From Chloroflexota bacterium (lineage in GTDB: Bacteria > Chloroflexota > Anaerolineae > UBA2200 > JACIWT01), in NCBI GenBank assembly GCA_014360825.1, contig JACIWT010000005.1, forward strand, positions 16,248 to 80,247: a stretch of DNA of 64,000 bases. Direction: 5' to 3'. The notes under the pieces are model-generated. The model made no database searches, was not told the origin of the DNA, and was given only the letters and a program-made list of their open reading frames with translations. The translations under genes were made by a program, and so were the position numbers. Of this stretch, positions 29,599 to 38,334 are shown piece by piece (position 1 is the stretch's first letter; each line of letters opens with the position of its first letter).

Positions 29599-31865
29599 GG
29601 ACTCGCCTCCCATCCTGTCAAAGTAGATGGTTCAGACGCAGAAATCGGCGCTGTGTACTCACCTGGAAACTCCCGTGCAGCATGAAGGGCGGGGTAGAAA
29701 CCTCCCGCCAGACCCGTGAACAGGCCCAACAACACGCTGGTGATGAAGAGCCGTGGTGTAGACACCAGCACTGGTATATCCTGCTGCACCAAAATATAAC
29801 TGCTGTTCACCCACGAGGCTGCCCCCCAGCCGAGAAACGCACCGCACAGTCCCGCTATCCCGCCCAGGAGCGCTGCCCAGCCCAGGTACTCGGCGAAAAT
29901 ATCCGCTTCGGTGGCCCCGACGAGTTTCTTCAGTCGTATCCCCTCTCGTTGCGAAGCGACGGTCAGCGCGAGGGCAGCAGCGAGGCCTAAGCCAGATAAC
30001 GCCAGCCCCAGAAACCCAATGCCCCAGCGGACAGTATTATACACGACGCGGAGACGCAGGATGGCAACATCCAGGGTTTCTCTGACCACACTCTGCGCCG
30101 CCGGGAAGCCTGCCACAGCCTCCAGTAGCAGCGAGTCAACGGGTTGGACGGTGGCTTCCGTCACCAAAGCAGCCACTCGATTCAAGTACTCTGCTCTATC
30201 TTCTGCCCTCGTCACGGGGGGCACGAATAGAGTTATCTTGTCCACGGCGTAAGGGTCGCCCATGATCTGGCGGAAAGTTGTCAGTGGGATGTCCACGCGG
30301 AAATTGGCATCGTGGGGGAAGCCATACGGTACACGCGCCCAGATGCCAACCACCACGAAATCCCGCTCCCGGATGGTCAGCGTCTCGCCGATCCTCAATC
30401 CCCGCTGCTGTGCCAGATCGTAGCCGACCACCGCCTCCCATTCTGCCCCTGGCGATAGAGTCCGCCCCTCGGCCAGGTGAACCGGGTATAGCACCGAGAG
30501 GCCGGGGTATCCGGTGGAGGTTTGTAGCCCGTAGAGGACGCCTGATGCCGGCCGTAGAGACTGCCAGCCCAGTTCATCTTCGTTGACAGGGCCGCTATAG
30601 GCTTCGAGCACTATTCCGCTCACCGCGGGCAATCGTCCCAACTCGTGCGTCAGGCGGCGCGAACCACGCAGGGCTTGCAGCAACACTCGGTCTCGCCCCA
30701 GATTCTGCGCTATGGACAAGGTCGCCTGCAACGATTCCCCCCAAGATCCGGCCACAAACTGTGCCGCCACCACCAAAACTACGCTTGCCACAACTGCAAC
30801 CAGTGCCACGGGCCAGCCCGCGCGCTCCCAGCGCCATTTGGCCCAAGCCAGCCCTATGGTCAATGCGAGTGCCGTAACAGCCAGGGAGCCGATAACCAGC
30901 CGGGGCGTTACCACGCACGGTGTAAGCGCATAGTTGTTGCGCACCCAATTGTTTATGGCGAACGTGGCCATCCAGCCCAGCACCAGTCCCGCCACTGCCC
31001 CGATCGAGCCGAATAGCACCAAAGTTTCAGACAGCCCATCGCCTTGCGCTGCGGTAGCGTGCGCCACGGCAAACGTCACCGGCGTCGCCACAAGCAAAAT
31101 GAGTACGGCCACCAAGGCGGTCAGTGCCGAGGTAACGAGGACCGCGCGGCGCACTCCCGACCACTCTGTATCAGGGGAGACCACGTTCAACCCGTCTATT
31201 TCACTCCAAATGCGTTTGGCGACAGCCTCGGGCGAATATCCGGGGGCCGTCCAGGCGGTGATAGTGTCGTAGCGATTGGGAGACGCGCCGAGGATGTAGA
31301 CGGCGGCGTCATAACTCACCTGGGCGAAATTGCCACGCCGGATAGCCGATGGCCCCCAGATGCCGACCACGGTGAAGGGATGGCCTTGTATTTCGATGGA
31401 ATTGCCAACCCGGAGTCCGACCTGTTGCGCCAACTCGAAGCCTAGGACGCACTCGTCCATGCTATCGGGCTCCGGGAGGCGGCCCTGCACCAGACCTACG
31501 CCAGGGCTAGGGGGCGGATAACAGCGGGCAGGCCACTCGGAATCCGTGCCGGAGAAAGTCACCGTGGTCCAGTTCAGGCCACGGAGGTCCGTGCTGGCAA
31601 ACTGACCCGATATGGTAGCGGCCACTGCTGCCACGCCCTCAACACGCCGCACTTCTCGCATCACATAATCTTTGTCAGTGGCCGAGGATGAACGCGCACT
31701 TATGGTGATCGGATAGCCCTCCGCGCGGGATCGAGATTCTACGGCCGGGTATCGTTCAGCGACTGACCCCGTTAGGAGGAGGGAACACGCGCTGAGGAAC
31801 AAAACGATTGTCAGCAGGTCGGGGGCCAGGGCAGAGTGGCGGGAACGGTTTGGGAGAAAAGGCAT
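29595..31865 (-). CDS. ABC transporter permease with duplicated MacB-PCD/FtsX domains (756 aa)
   Basis: Two repeats of a periplasmic domain followed by a 4-TM FtsX-like module. It is the first gene of a three-gene operon on the minus strand. Confidence 0.8.
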   Translation of the reverse strand: MPFLPNRSRHSALAPDLLTIVLFLSACSLLLTGSVAERYPAVESRSRAEGYPITISARSSSATDKDYVMREVRRVEGVAAVAATISGQFASTDLRGLNWTTVTFSGTDSEWPARCYPPPSPGVGLVQGRLPEPDSMDECVLGFELAQQVGLRVGNSIEIQGHPFTVVGIWGPSAIRRGNFAQVSYDAAVYILGASPNRYDTITAWTAPGYSPEAVAKRIWSEIDGLNVVSPDTEWSGVRRAVLVTSALTALVAVLILLVATPVTFAVAHATAAQGDGLSETLVLFGSIGAVAGLVLGWMATFAINNWVRNNYALTPCVVTPRLVIGSLAVTALALTIGLAWAKWRWERAGWPVALVAVVASVVLVVAAQFVAGSWGESLQATLSIAQNLGRDRVLLQALRGSRRLTHELGRLPAVSGIVLEAYSGPVNEDELGWQSLRPASGVLYGLQTSTGYPGLSVLYPVHLAEGRTLSPGAEWEAVVGYDLAQQRGLRIGETLTIRERDFVVVGIWARVPYGFPHDANFRVDIPLTTFRQIMGDPYAVDKITLFVPPVTRAEDRAEYLNRVAALVTEATVQPVDSLLLEAVAGFPAAQSVVRETLDVAILRLRVVYNTVRWGIGFLGLALSGLGLAAALALTVASQREGIRLKKLVGATEADIFAEYLGWAALLGGIAGLCGAFLGWGAASWVNSSYILVQQDIPVLVSTPRLFITSVLLGLFTGLAGGFYPALHAAREFPGEYTAPISASEPSTLTGWEASP

Positions 31866-31939
31866 GTTTTTATTCTCTTCTGGATTTCGCTCCTATATTA
31901 ACACAAGTACAAAGCCCGTTTGGTTCATTTGGCTGCGCC

Positions 31940-31957
31940 ATAGGCATTTATGCCTAT
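31940..31957. promoter_or_regulatory. perfect palindrome ATAGGCAT-TT-ATGCCTAT followed by three ATTTAG repeats, upstream of the ABC operon
   Basis: Read directly. Candidate operator. Confidence 0.4.
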
Positions 31958-32285
31958 TTAGATACCAAATAGTTACGTCATTTAGCCACATGAAATTTAG
32001 TAATCCGACTGATGTCAGAGCAAGCAAAATATTATACAATGAAGGCGAGATAACGGCAAGTGCTTTGGGCCGAGAAGCACTGCCCTTCCAATCTCTCTCC
32101 TCCTTTTTAACCGACAGCGGGCCCTGGTGGGCGGGGTTGAGATGCCCTGCCCACTCCGCTGGCGGCGTTTTTGTTTCCTGCCATCGGATTTTTCCCGACT
32201 AAGAACGTGTCGTGTGAAACCAGGGCGGACTATCGCACGTCTTCTTATATAAAGCGCGATTATCTTAGTGCCAAGGAGGTAGATT

Positions 32286-32723
32286 TTGTCGACAGGGTTT
32301 TTGGGAACTAAGGCCGGCTTGGTAGCCGACGTCAATTTGGTGGCGCAAGGGATCATGGTGCTCGCCATTCTCTATGGTCTCATTCGTGTCAAACAGAGGG
32401 CTGTGTCTCTGCACTGCAACATCATGACGACCCTCGCGATAGTCAATGGCATTTTGATCATCGGGATTATGAATCCCTCGTTCTTTCGCGCACTGCCGGC
32501 AGCACGACATAATCTCGCAGGTGTCAATCTGCTCCTATTGGGGCACGCTGGGTTGGGTGCGCTGGCCGAAATACTCGCCATCTACGTGGTGATCAAGACG
32601 CGGAGCAATCTGCTCGCGCCCCCATCGCTGCGAAACACCCGCACGGTGATGCGCGTGACTTGGGTGCTCTGGCTGTTGAACGCACTGTGCGGCGGCCTTT
32701 TGTATGCCCTCTGGTATCTATGA
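32286..32723 (+). CDS. DUF420-family membrane protein (associated with caa3 oxidase)
   Basis: TTG start 6 nt after an AAGGAGG RBS. It is a 4-TM protein with a DUF420-like LAIVNGILIIGIMNP / LLLLGHAGLGALAEILAIYVV pattern. Confidence 0.65.
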   Translation: MSTGFLGTKAGLVADVNLVAQGIMVLAILYGLIRVKQRAVSLHCNIMTTLAIVNGILIIGIMNPSFFRALPAARHNLAGVNLLLLGHAGLGALAEILAIYVVIKTRSNLLAPPSLRNTRTVMRVTWVLWLLNALCGGLLYALWYL

Positions 32724-32767
32724 GTTCGAAGTTGTCTTCTGTCAGAACTCCCTCTGACTCTCTGTTA

Positions 32768-32810
32768 CATCCAGCCGGTGCCAGACACCGGCTGGATGTA
32801 CGTTTATGGG
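32768..32810 (+). terminator. 13-bp perfect stem CATCCAGCCGGTG-CCAGA-CACCGGCTGGATG followed by a T-rich tract
   Basis: Lies downstream of the DUF420 stop. Confidence 0.5.
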
Positions 32811-32844
32811 TCGGCAATGTGCGTACCTCGCGACCGTTATCTGC

Positions 32845-32873
32845 TTGCCCAAAGCCCGAGATGCCAGTATAAT
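32845..32873 (+). promoter_or_regulatory. promoter TTGCCC-17-TATAAT whose -10 element is flanked by the direct repeat CGAGATGCCAG / CGAGATGGCAG
   Basis: Read directly. It lies upstream of the rubrerythrin-like gene. Confidence 0.45.
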
Positions 32874-32906
32874 CGAGATGGCAGTTTACATTGAGGAGGA
32901 AGGGAA

Positions 32907-33416
32907 ATGCCTATCGCCACAGACCTGACCGCATCCGAAGTCTTGGGAATTGCCATCAAGTCCGAGATAGATGCGGCCACCGTGTACGACCACTTGGCCA
33001 AGAGGATACGCAATCGCGCTCTATCTGAGAAAATCACCTTCCTGCGCAAAGAGGAGGAGCAGCATCGCCGCCTGCTCGAGGAGATGTTTGCCCGGAATTT
33101 CCCCGGCGTGAAATTGCTTCTGCCGGAGAAGGGGCTGCACCCCGAGATGAGCATAGAAGTGACAAGAAGCATGACGGTGCCAGAACTTTTCGAACTGGCG
33201 ATGGAAGCCGAGGAGACCTCGCGGGATTTCTATGCCGACCTGGCCGAAAGGTCGGAGGATGAGAGCGGCAGGGCTACCCTTCGCTATCTGAGCAATATGG
33301 AAAGCGACCATTATTACCTGCTCAGGACTGAATACGAGATGGTCACCCGGTTTCCCGGCTACTACGACGCCGATGATTTTCACGTGGGTATGGACCTGAT
33401 CCACGTCGGTCCTTAG
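32907..33416 (+). CDS. rubrerythrin/ferritin-like diiron domain protein
   Basis: ExxH motifs (EEQHRRLLEE, ESDHYYLL) and a GAGGAGGAAGGGAA RBS. Confidence 0.7.
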   Translation: MPIATDLTASEVLGIAIKSEIDAATVYDHLAKRIRNRALSEKITFLRKEEEQHRRLLEEMFARNFPGVKLLLPEKGLHPEMSIEVTRSMTVPELFELAMEAEETSRDFYADLAERSEDESGRATLRYLSNMESDHYYLLRTEYEMVTRFPGYYDADDFHVGMDLIHVGP

Positions 33417-33434
33417 CACAAGGGGGATAAGACA

Positions 33435-34643
33435 ATGAAATTCGTGATCGTGGGCAATGGCGTGGCCGGCATCACGGTGGCCCGCTTCCTATCTGAGAAT
33501 AGCCCGGAGAACCAGGTGATTATCTACACGGCGGAACAGTTCCCCTACTATCCTCGCCCTCGCCTCCCGGAGTTCTTGGCAGGAGAGATCGCACAGGAGG
33601 AACTGTACTTTTATCCGCCCGAGTGGTATGAGCAAAGGCGGATCATAGTGCATCTGGGAACTCCGATAGAGGGTTTGGATCGGGCGGCAAAGCAGGTGCT
33701 CCCTAAGGGCAAACCCGCTGAGGCATACGATCGGCTTTTGTTGGCCAGCGGGGGCTATGCCTTCGTCCCGCCCATTGAGGGGAAAGATCAGCAAGGGGTC
33801 TTTGTCCTGCGCACGCTGCAAGATGCACTGAACATCCGGGCCTACGCTCAGAACGTGCACCGGGCCATCGTCATCGGCGGGGGACTATTAGGAATGGAGG
33901 CCGCACGGGGCCTGCGCAAACTGGGGTTGGAGGTCACGGTCCTCGAGTCGGCCCCTTATTGTCTGCCCCGCCAACTGGATGCGAAGGGCGCTTCGGTCTT
34001 CGAGAAGTATGCCACGGGACTGGGGCTGAAGATACTCACGCACGCATCATGTGAGGCCATCCTCGGCAATGGCTCGGTCAGCGGCATCCGTCTCACCGAT
34101 GGACGCACGCTCGACGGCGAGATCGTGCTCATCTCTACCGGCGTGCGCTCGAATGTGGCGCTGGCCAAGGAGGCCGGGCTGGTGGTGAACAAGGGCGTGG
34201 TGGTGGACGAGCATCTCACCACCTCGGACCCAGCGATCTTCGCGGCGGGTGACGTGGCCGAATTCAAGGGCCAGGTGTGGGGCATCATCCCGGCGGCCAT
34301 TGACCAAGCGCGAGTGGCCTGGCAGAATATGATCTCACCCAACTCTGCATCCTATCAGGGCACAGTGCCCTCCAACACGCTGAAAATCGTGGGCATTGAC
34401 CTGACCACCATCGGTAAATTTGATCCCGAGGGCGAGCCTTATCAGGTTTATCGGAGGGTAGGGGAAGAGAAGGGCATCTACAAGAAATTGGTGCTCCAAG
34501 ATGGTGTGATCGTGGGCACCATTCTCTTGGGCGATAAGAGACCGGTTGGCCCTATCAGTCGGCTGATCCAAGAGGGGAGAAATGTCTCAGCCTACGCCGA
34601 GCATTTATTGGATGACGATTTTGATTTCAACACCATTGCGTGA
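33435..34643 (+). CDS. FAD/NAD(P)-dependent pyridine nucleotide-disulfide oxidoreductase (NirB-N / rubredoxin reductase / NADH oxidase-like)
   Basis: MKFVIVGNGVAGITVA (FAD GxGxxG), a second Rossmann motif AIVIGGGLLGME, and AAGDVAE. Confidence 0.8.
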   Translation: MKFVIVGNGVAGITVARFLSENSPENQVIIYTAEQFPYYPRPRLPEFLAGEIAQEELYFYPPEWYEQRRIIVHLGTPIEGLDRAAKQVLPKGKPAEAYDRLLLASGGYAFVPPIEGKDQQGVFVLRTLQDALNIRAYAQNVHRAIVIGGGLLGMEAARGLRKLGLEVTVLESAPYCLPRQLDAKGASVFEKYATGLGLKILTHASCEAILGNGSVSGIRLTDGRTLDGEIVLISTGVRSNVALAKEAGLVVNKGVVVDEHLTTSDPAIFAAGDVAEFKGQVWGIIPAAIDQARVAWQNMISPNSASYQGTVPSNTLKIVGIDLTTIGKFDPEGEPYQVYRRVGEEKGIYKKLVLQDGVIVGTILLGDKRPVGPISRLIQEGRNVSAYAEHLLDDDFDFNTIA

Positions 34644-34660
34644 AGGAGGCAAGTGTGGCA

Positions 34661-35440
34661 ATGAATTTGATGGGCAAACGAGTGGCAGTTCTGGCGGAGG
34701 ATTTGTACGAGGACCAGGAGTTGTGGTATCCGGTGCTGCGGCTGCGTGCTGCGGGTGCCCAGGTGCAGATCATCGGTTCGGGGAGTGCCTCGCGCTATCA
34801 TGGCAAGTATGGTTGCCCCGTTGACGTAGATGCAGCCGTCGCCGATGTGGCCGACGTGGATTTCGACGCCGTGGTGATCCCTGGCGGCTACGCGCCGGAC
34901 AAAATGCGTCGCTACCCAGAGGTCCTCTCATTTGTCAGAAGGGCGCACGAGCGGGGCAAGGTGGTGGCTGCCATCTGCCATGCTCCGTGGGTGCTCATCT
35001 CGGCGGGCATCCTCAAGGGGCGCACCGTCACGGGCTTCAGCGCGATCAAGGACGATTTGGTGAACGCCGGCGCGACGTTTGTGGATCGAGAGGTAGTGCG
35101 CGATGGCAATATCATTACTTCGCGGCGGCCTGATGATCTGCCTGCCTTTGGCGAGGCGATCATCGCAGCTCTGGGTGAGGCGGAGACGGGCGATCTATCC
35201 GCGGTCACTGAGCAGACGTCGGCAATAGATGCGTTGCGCATCGCCATCCGGGCTGAGGAGTCGGCCAAGGCTTTCTACACCCAGGCAATGAGGCGGACGA
35301 AGGACCCGGCGGCCAAAAATATGTTCAAGCAACTGGCTGCCGAGGAGGAGCGCCACCGCGAGATCATTTTCAAGGAATACCAACACCTGACTGCAGATCC
35401 AGATTGGGATCGCTACGGTATCTGGCGCGAAGTAGTGTAG
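34661..35440 (+). CDS. DJ-1/PfpI-family protein fused to a C-terminal rubrerythrin-like helical domain
   Basis: AICHAPWVL (nucleophile-elbow Cys) and a C-terminal EESAKAFY...AAEEERHREI. A GTG start at 34640 or 34655 is possible, and a GAAGGAGG RBS is present. Confidence 0.7.
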   Translation: MNLMGKRVAVLAEDLYEDQELWYPVLRLRAAGAQVQIIGSGSASRYHGKYGCPVDVDAAVADVADVDFDAVVIPGGYAPDKMRRYPEVLSFVRRAHERGKVVAAICHAPWVLISAGILKGRTVTGFSAIKDDLVNAGATFVDREVVRDGNIITSRRPDDLPAFGEAIIAALGEAETGDLSAVTEQTSAIDALRIAIRAEESAKAFYTQAMRRTKDPAAKNMFKQLAAEEERHREIIFKEYQHLTADPDWDRYGIWREVV

Positions 35441-35526
35441 TTTGCCCTGGTGAGAGTTAACCGTGAAGACACAGAGGAAATCAAAAGGGGGTCTTTGTGT
35501 CTTCTTGCGGAATGAGGAGGGAGCCA

Positions 35527-35718
35527 ATGAAACGGAGGAGGGAAGAGAAAGCCCGATGTGCCAACTGTGGGGAGGTATTAGGCCCCAAGCCGATCCAGAG
35601 GGGCAATCAGCTCTATTGCTGCCAGGCCTGCGCATTCGAGGCTCAGCGGGCCAAGGATTGCGGCGGGCGCGCCGATAGCGTGATCACCAAAGGTATCGTC
35701 GAACCGAGAGAGAAGTGA
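35527..35718 (+). CDS. small Cys-rich zinc-ribbon-like protein
   Basis: CANCGEVL..YCCQAC and a GAGGAGGGAG RBS. Confidence 0.4.
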   Translation: MKRRREEKARCANCGEVLGPKPIQRGNQLYCCQACAFEAQRAKDCGGRADSVITKGIVEPREK

Positions 35719-36332
35719 ACATCCGTATCTTGGCCGTAGCGGGCAGTCCCAGGCGCGGCGGTAACTCCGAGACCCTCCTGGACCAAGCCATTGCCGGCGC
35801 GGAGTCGCAGGGCGCTCTGGTCGAGAAGGTTGTGCTCCAGGGCTTGAAGATCGCACCGTGTATCGAGTGTGACCGCTGTTTCCAGACTGGGCGCTGCGCT
35901 GTGCAGGATGACTATCAGGTCTTATACGACAAACTCCTGGCCTATGAAGGGGTGATATTGGCCGCGCCCATCTTCTTTATGAATGTGAGCGCCCAAGCCA
36001 AAGCGTTCATTGACCGCTGCCAATGCCTCTGGGCGATGAAATACGTCCTCCGCCAACCGTTGCCCCCCACGTCCTCGGGACTGTCTCGTCGGGCGGCATT
36101 TATCGCCACGGCAGGGTCACCCCGAACCAAATTCGATTGTGCCCTTTCCACCGTGCGGGCTTTCACCAATACCCTGGATGCGACCTACAACGGTGATGTG
36201 CTCATCAATGGAATAGATGAAAAGGGCGCAGTCTCGGCATACCCCGATGTGCTACGAAGGGCCTTCGCGTTAGGTGAGAAGTTAGCACTCGCAGGGCTTA
36301 ACCCAGATGAAGTGCCCTTGAAGCCAAGGTAG
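35715..36332 (+). CDS. iron-sulfur flavoprotein (Isf) / NADPH-dependent FMN reductase family
   Basis: Flavodoxin-like N-terminus ILAVAGSPRRGGNSE plus the compact Cys cluster CIECDRCFQTGRC. Confidence 0.75.
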   Translation: MNIRILAVAGSPRRGGNSETLLDQAIAGAESQGALVEKVVLQGLKIAPCIECDRCFQTGRCAVQDDYQVLYDKLLAYEGVILAAPIFFMNVSAQAKAFIDRCQCLWAMKYVLRQPLPPTSSGLSRRAAFIATAGSPRTKFDCALSTVRAFTNTLDATYNGDVLINGIDEKGAVSAYPDVLRRAFALGEKLALAGLNPDEVPLKPR

Positions 36333-36436
36333 TAACGCGCATCCCCTTCATTTCCCCGATAAATTAGAATGAGCGCTGCGATAGTCTATTCGCGCCTTCG
36401 GCCCTCGTATCCTGTTGCTGAGCGAACCGCTGGGAT

Positions 36437-36465
36437 TTGACAATTCGCTCGACCTGTGGTATAAT
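36437..36465 (+). promoter_or_regulatory. perfect consensus sigma70 promoter TTGACA-17-TATAAT for the cbi operon
   Basis: Read directly. Confidence 0.6.
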
Positions 36466-36510
36466 TGCAAATAATTGCATAAACAAAGATATGCAATAAA
36501 TTCCACGAGT
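36466..36510 (+). promoter_or_regulatory. candidate operator: TGCAA-ATAA-TTGCA palindrome with a third ATGCAA half-site, spanning the +1 position to the start codon
   Basis: AATTGCAAATAATTGCATAAACAAAGATATGCAATAAATT. No B12 riboswitch is present. Confidence 0.4.
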
Positions 36511-36531
36511 CGGGTAGAAAGGAGCGAGGGT

Positions 36532-37182
36532 ATGCACATTCCAGATGGTTTCATCAATGTGGCCACGGCCGCCGTTACCTACGCGGGCTCGGGGGCGGCG
36601 GTTGCCTACGCGGTGAAGAGGACGAACAAGGAACTGGGGGAGAAAGAGGTGCCATTCCTGGGGGTGATGGCAGCCTTTATCTTCGCCGCGCAGATGCTCA
36701 ACTTCCCAGTGGCGGGTGGTACATCTGGACATCTGCTGGGAGGTGCGCTGGCTGCCATTCTCTTGGGCCCGTGGTCGGCGATGCTGGCCCTTACTGCTGT
36801 CTTGGTGGTACAGGCGCTGGCGTTTCAAGATGGTGGCATCATTGCCCTTGGAGCCAACGTGTTTAACATGGCGGTCGTGGGCGTCTTGGTAGGCTATTTC
36901 ACCTACGTTGGGGTGCGTCGGCTGTTTCGCGAGAGCAATACGGCCACGTTCGCCGGCGCTATTGTGGCCTCATGGCTATCGGTGGTGGTGGCTTCCGGGT
37001 TCGCTGCCCTGGAATTAGCCATTTCCGGCACATCGCCTCTCGGTGTGGCGCTTCCGGCGATGCTCTCGGTGCACGCCCTGATCGGCATCGGAGAGGCGAT
37101 CATCACCGTGGCTGTGCTCTCTTTCCTCATGGCCACCCGTCCCGATCTATTACAACTCCACGCCAGGAAATCGGAGGTGTAA
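36532..37182 (+). CDS. cbiM: ECF transporter substrate-specific component CbiM/NikM (cobalt/nickel)
   Basis: The N-terminal MHIPDGF is the hallmark of CbiM. It is a 6-TM protein with an AAAGGAG RBS. Confidence 0.85.
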   Translation: MHIPDGFINVATAAVTYAGSGAAVAYAVKRTNKELGEKEVPFLGVMAAFIFAAQMLNFPVAGGTSGHLLGGALAAILLGPWSAMLALTAVLVVQALAFQDGGIIALGANVFNMAVVGVLVGYFTYVGVRRLFRESNTATFAGAIVASWLSVVVASGFAALELAISGTSPLGVALPAMLSVHALIGIGEAIITVAVLSFLMATRPDLLQLHARKSEV

Positions 37183-37184
37183 CT

Positions 37185-37466
37185 ATGAAAAGCAGATGGT
37201 GGGTGGTGGGGTTGATCTTGGCGCTGGCCGTGGTGCTGCTTTCACCATTGGCCTCACCCGAGCCGGACGGTTTGGAGCGCGTGGCCGAAGATCAGGGGTT
37301 CATTGACCGGGCGCTGGAGCCATTTTATGAGATCCTGCCGGACTACACCGTCCCTCTGCTGGGTGAGTCGCCACTCTCCACGATTGTCGCCGGGCTGATC
37401 GGCACCGTGCTCGTGTTCGTGGTCACCTTCGGTGCGGCAAATATGCTGAAGAAACGCAGCGGATAA
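37185..37466 (+). CDS. PDGLE-domain / CbiN-like small membrane component
   Basis: N-terminal TM helix, SPEPDGLERV (PDGLE motif) and a C-terminal TM helix. It sits immediately after cbiM with a GGAGGTG RBS. Confidence 0.65.
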   Translation: MKSRWWVVGLILALAVVLLSPLASPEPDGLERVAEDQGFIDRALEPFYEILPDYTVPLLGESPLSTIVAGLIGTVLVFVVTFGAANMLKKRSG

Positions 37467-37520
37467 TCGGCACTCGTGTGGGGCAGGCTGGGCTATGCCT
37501 GCCCCCTGCCAGGAGCCAGG

Positions 37521-38312
37521 ATGTTGGTGGAGCCACTGAATTACTGCCACGATACAGATAGCCTCGTCCACCTTCTGGATGCGCGCATCAAGTTCATCGG
37601 CACATTGGCGTTCGTGCTGGCTGTGACGGCCACGCCAAACGGAGAGTGGGGGGCATTCGCGGTACTTTTCGGCATCTTTCTGGGATTGACATTGTTGGCT
37701 CGTATCGGGCCAGTGGCTATCCTTCGCCGCTCTGTGATCGCGCTGCCCTTCCTGCTCATCGTTCTCGTTTCCATTCCCTTCACTCAGGGCGGCAAAGCCC
37801 TCTTTTCTGTCTCGATCCTGCGCTGGACGCTCCCGATTACCAGTGAGGGAATAGAGATGTTTATCAGCGTGGCGCTGAAGTCATGGCTTTCGGTGCTCAT
37901 AGTTGGTTTGCTCTTGTACACGACGCCTTTCACCGAGTTGGTGCGCGGCATGCAGCATTTGGGTCTGCCTGCAGTGCTCATCAACATCGTTTCGTCTATG
38001 TATCGCTATCTTTTCGTATTGCTGGATGAAGCAGAACGGCTGGAGCGGGCGCGGGCGAGTCGCAGCGCGGACCCCGGAGGCAAGGGCGGCGGTGCGCTCA
38101 TCTGGCAGGCGAAGGTGCTCGGTGGCATGATCGGCAGTCTGTTCATGCGCAGTTACGAGCGAAGCGAGCGCATTTACCAGGCGATGCTGTCCCGCAACTT
38201 CGCTGGTGAGATCCGAAGCCTCCAAGAGAGTGCCTTGGGACGCAAGGACCTCCTTTTGATGACTGTCTTCCTATCACTCCTCTTCGTTGTGGAAATATGG
38301 GCGAATTTGTAA
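37521..38312 (+). CDS. cbiQ: ECF transporter T component CbiQ
   Basis: Multi-TM protein with a CbiQ-like conserved ...RASR...ERIYQAMLSRNF region near the C-terminus. Confidence 0.8.
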   Translation: MLVEPLNYCHDTDSLVHLLDARIKFIGTLAFVLAVTATPNGEWGAFAVLFGIFLGLTLLARIGPVAILRRSVIALPFLLIVLVSIPFTQGGKALFSVSILRWTLPITSEGIEMFISVALKSWLSVLIVGLLLYTTPFTELVRGMQHLGLPAVLINIVSSMYRYLFVLLDEAERLERARASRSADPGGKGGGALIWQAKVLGGMIGSLFMRSYERSERIYQAMLSRNFAGEIRSLQESALGRKDLLLMTVFLSLLFVVEIWANL

Positions 38313-38334
38313 GCAAACAATTTTTAGTGGAGCC

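Noticed and set aside
36333-36531. Cobalamin riboswitch upstream of cbiM
   Set aside because: The leader from +1 to the start codon is only about 65 nt and lacks a B12-box. The promoter sits immediately upstream.
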